Shown one piece after another: positions 60,541 through 64,000 of a stretch of DNA of 64,000 nt. The translations under genes were made by a program, and so were the position numbers. A model generated the notes under the pieces. The model ran no database searches. It saw only the letters and a list, made by a program, of their open reading frames with translations, and was not told where the DNA came from. Source of the DNA: Obrimoposthia wandeli (taxonomy: Eukaryota); the NCBI GenBank assembly GCA_977020255.1, contig CDROCS010000983.1:186001-250000 (forward strand), in the 5' to 3' direction. Position 1 is the stretch's first letter. The number at the start of each line of letters is the position of its first letter.

Positions 60541-61499
60541 CTAATGTGGTGGTGCTTGATCAAATATACAGAGTTCAGATTTACCATAATCCATTTTGAG
60601 GCAATTTAATTTTCATTAATTATAACTATAAAATTATAGTCAGGCCAAAAATATAAAGAGCTGAAGAAGTTTTTGAATCCCGAGATCTTTGTTTTATATG
60701 ATACAAAACACTTGGACGTTTATAAGACTCTTGAAGTAATATTCCATATCATCGATATTCTTCATGGATATCATATAGCTCAAGGTTATCTAATTTTTTA
60801 AAAATATATATCGTTTTTAACTTGATGACTATAAACAAAATATTAAATATTTTATTAATTCCATGATTTATGTCCAATAATGTAGGACAATTTAATTTGC
60901 GCGAGGTCAAGGCCAACATCAACTTATATAAGTGTAATATCCTTTGAATTTAATGATCGTACCAAAATATTTTTAAATTTGAACTTTTAAATGATTGCAC
61001 ACAAATCGGTTAAGAAAAACAAATGGTAATTATATCAGTTCAATGAAAAATAGTAAGTAAGTACGTCGCATATTTTTTTAAAAAGCTTGTAAAAATATTA
61101 CTCGCAAGACATTTGAAAAACATTTTTAAATAAATATTTTTCAAGATAAGTTTTGGAAAATATATAAATTGGATGGGAAATATTTACGGTAAGGTACAAT
61201 GTCTCATTTGAATAGCATCCAACCCTAGATTTGTCAAAGCATGTTTCTCTCGAGTAAGTCATGAGTATTAATCATCATCATAATAATCTAATAAAGTAAA
61301 TTATTGTTCTGTGTACTAGAGGACAACAGATCGCAGACCTACCCCAACCCATAACCCCCAATAAGCCATGTGATATGTGCTTGGATCCAGAATCCTTGTC
61401 ACCTGGAGTCTAAGTGAAAGGTATCCTAGCATATGGCACATAGCACATGGATCATCGGGAAGGAGGAGGTCTGCTCGAAACGACACTTTATGCTACTGA

Positions 61500-61730
61500 C
61501 GCCTTATAAGCTTTTTGGTACAAATCATCAATAACAATAACATTATTATATTTTAATAGAACTGATAAATTTTCATTGAAACCATCTATAATTTAAATAC
61601 CTTTTAATTTACGTAATTCGGATAGTACCAATTTTAATAAATTTCTCAAAATGTTGTATTATTTTGCAATAATTAAATTATAAAATGGGTTTACCACTGC
61701 CATGTGACCCTACTGTCTGATAAAAGGCAT
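61500..61730 (-). pseudogene. Polinton packaging ATPase relic
   Basis: Walker A-like VGSHGSGK (61690-61713) and Walker B VIVIDDL (61521-61541) in correct order, with stops between. Confidence 0.55.
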
Positions 61731-63033
61731 TATATATTTACGCTTATTAGTGATCAAAATCAACAAGACAAACAGATAGTTTATTATAGACGTTTTATTA
61801 ACTAATGCAATCGTGTAGAACTGAATAATAAAATTGAAACCACAAAGGTGATAGCATGAATCTCTTTGAGATTGACGAATTTAACGACACGCTAAAAATT
61901 GAAAAAATCTCTCTGGCATAGTTTCAGTAAAGTTAATTTGTGGTACAACTTTTTCACACAAAAACAACATTTATATGAATTATTTCAAATATATACACAT
62001 AGAAAATTAGATAATGTTAAAATTTTAATAGATTCAAAATCATTTTAACCAAACAAATTTGTGATAGGAATTATATCAAAATTTGTAATGTCTACTTTAT
62101 TCAAATGCCATTGGTATATTAGATATGTTGATTTTTTATAATTAATGCACATAATGTAAACATTTTTATACATCGTTTCATAGGTTTATAATATTTTTAC
62201 CAATTTGATAATGTACCTTGACAATATATACAAGTTACTACACCATCTTTAATTTAAAAAAACAAAGTCCTGTATTTATGTGCTAAACCAGTTTAATTTC
62301 AACGTAATGCTTCTATTCTAGCTCATTTTCTTTAAAAACTGTATTTTTAATAGCTTTATCAGTATAATGAAAAAATTTAATTCTATAATTTGCGCAATTT
62401 TATCATAAATAATAGGCAATATAATTAGTAGCCATAACAAAACGGTGTCAAAAATCAATATTATCATAAATTCGAAAGTAAAAATTTCGAACAAGATTAT
62501 CATGACTTGTAAGTAATAGTTTAAATCAAATAATTTGAGAATAAAAATTTGCCACTTGTAAATATACAGAGGATTGTACTTTAAACATCTTACTGCTGAA
62601 AATATTTTAGGTTCAAACATACAACCTGTACTCATGTTTGTGAAAATTTGATGATATTGATTATTTTATTTGGCTCTGCAAATACTGTAAGTGATTGAAT
62701 ACGGTCAAAAGAAATTTCAAATTTGCAACTTCCTTATGATTATTGAAGAAAATTCAAATTGAAAAATCTCCTGATTTGAAAATAACAAGTGTATAATCCT
62801 TATATTTAACCAATTGGGGTAAACTAAAATTGTATATATACTCGATACTTTCAATTTTAATAAGTAATGTAGAAATGTTTAACTCGCACAAGCTCTTGGT
62901 CATATTAAATTATATAGAGTAATATCTTTGAATTTTAACTAAAAAATGTGTACACGAAATGCTTTTCAATTATCGCACAAATTAGTTCAGTAAAGTGCAA
63001 GTTATATATGTCAATTATTTACCAGAATTGTTT

Positions 63034-63104
63034 TGTTAGGAGTAGGGTACGAATCCACGCTGTGGATCTGAAGTTCACCATCCTAACCACTTGGTTATCC
63101 TAGC
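63034..63104 (-). pseudogene. Decayed tRNA-like sequence, most similar to tRNA-Leu(TAA), apparent anticodon TCA
   Basis: GCTAGGATAACCAAGTGGTTAGGATGGTGAACTTCAGATCCACAGCGTGGATTCGTACCCTACTCCTAACA; cloverleaf with mismatches in the acceptor, anticodon and T stems and a degenerate D arm; no long variable arm. Confidence 0.6.
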
Positions 63105-63739
63105 TCTGAATAATCAAATTATATTAAAAAACAATCGGAAATATCGGAGAAAACAATTAGGAAAAAAATAAGAGTAAACAGTTTGAGATTTGGATTCTTC
63201 CCAGTAGTTGAATTAAAATGTGCAAACCTCATATAATAATGTGTACTTACTCGCTCAGCAGCCCAATTAAGAATCAGTTGTGCTAATGAGTGAGAAAGTA
63301 CACTTTACACTACGACTAACATGTACATCGTATGACATTTTTAAGGTAGGCAAATATTGACTCGCCAATGCATCCTTGAATTTTGTCATCACCCCTGAAG
63401 TATGATCCAACCTGATCTGTGAAAGAAGATAATAACATTTGAATTAACTGTTTCATAATACTATATTTACATCAGTCTATGCACTTTATTTTTCGATGTC
63501 ATTTCAATGAAAAGATATGATGAGGATGATCTTTCGAAGTTTAGGAATTTGTGATACTTCTGTCTGCCCACTGTAATAGCATACCGTAGAAACAAGCTAA
63601 ACATCTTATTTCTTTTTGATTGATAAAATACACACAACTTTAGCTACTGGGGCAGAATGACAGGGTGGTATTGTGTTTATTCTTGAGGAAGGTGTTGAGT
63701 TCATTTTAAATACCAAGCACTCCACCCAGGCATGGAACA

Positions 63740-64000
63740 ATTCTTAACCAACAAATTAGCACATGTCCCATAATTTGATTATGGCCAACGTTATATGGGA
63801 TTTAAAATACATCGAGTGAATTCTGATGCTTAGATTATTTGCCAAGATAATAATAGGTATCCACAAGTACACCGTGTCCAACACGAATAGTAGAGCTGTA
63901 GCTCTAATGTTGAGTGGCAAGCTCGGAAAAGCTTTGTTTCGATATTCAAAGTTTTTTCGGAAATCACAAGGATGAGAATTATAGCGGATGACGGAATGAC
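63740..64000 (-). other. Possible fragment of another membrane (7TM-like) protein running off the window end
   Basis: Hydrophobic VIPSSAIILILVI and, in another frame, RATALLFVLDTVYLWIPIIIL; needs a frameshift. Confidence 0.25.

Overview
Strongly AT-rich eukaryotic (probably invertebrate animal) genomic DNA with very short (44-49 nt) spliceosomal introns, dominated by nested transposons. The centrepiece is a 5'-truncated Ty3/gypsy LTR retrotransposon (~12.36-24.68 kb, + strand). It lacks gag and a 5' LTR but carries a large, virus-like accessory load downstream of PR-RT-RH-IN: three Ig/IPT-like repeats fused to integrase, an active dual-specificity phosphatase followed by a catalytically dead copy, three apparent signal-peptide/ectodomain/TM modules, and three RING-H2 E3-ligase ORFs (one ending in a SUMO-interaction-like motif). 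Its 1.78-kb LTR, and two solo LTRs of the same family (26785-28618, 32816-34779, both with 4-bp TSDs), share conserved termini and a structured U5 end; the 3' LTR and the second solo LTR also carry an array of covarying hairpins placed just after a splice donor. The window also contains several decayed Polinton/Maverick relics (pPolB, integrase, capsid, ATPase, AGTAGG termini), a 2.6-kb non-autonomous Polinton-like element with a 6-bp TSD carrying an intron-containing cargo gene and splitting a piggyBac relic, Tc1/mariner/pogo relics, and a decayed tRNA. The one recognisable host gene is a rhodopsin-like GPCR (- strand) whose NPxxY motif appears split across a ~19.3-kb TE-filled intron. All family assignments are by motif recognition by eye; no database searches were run.
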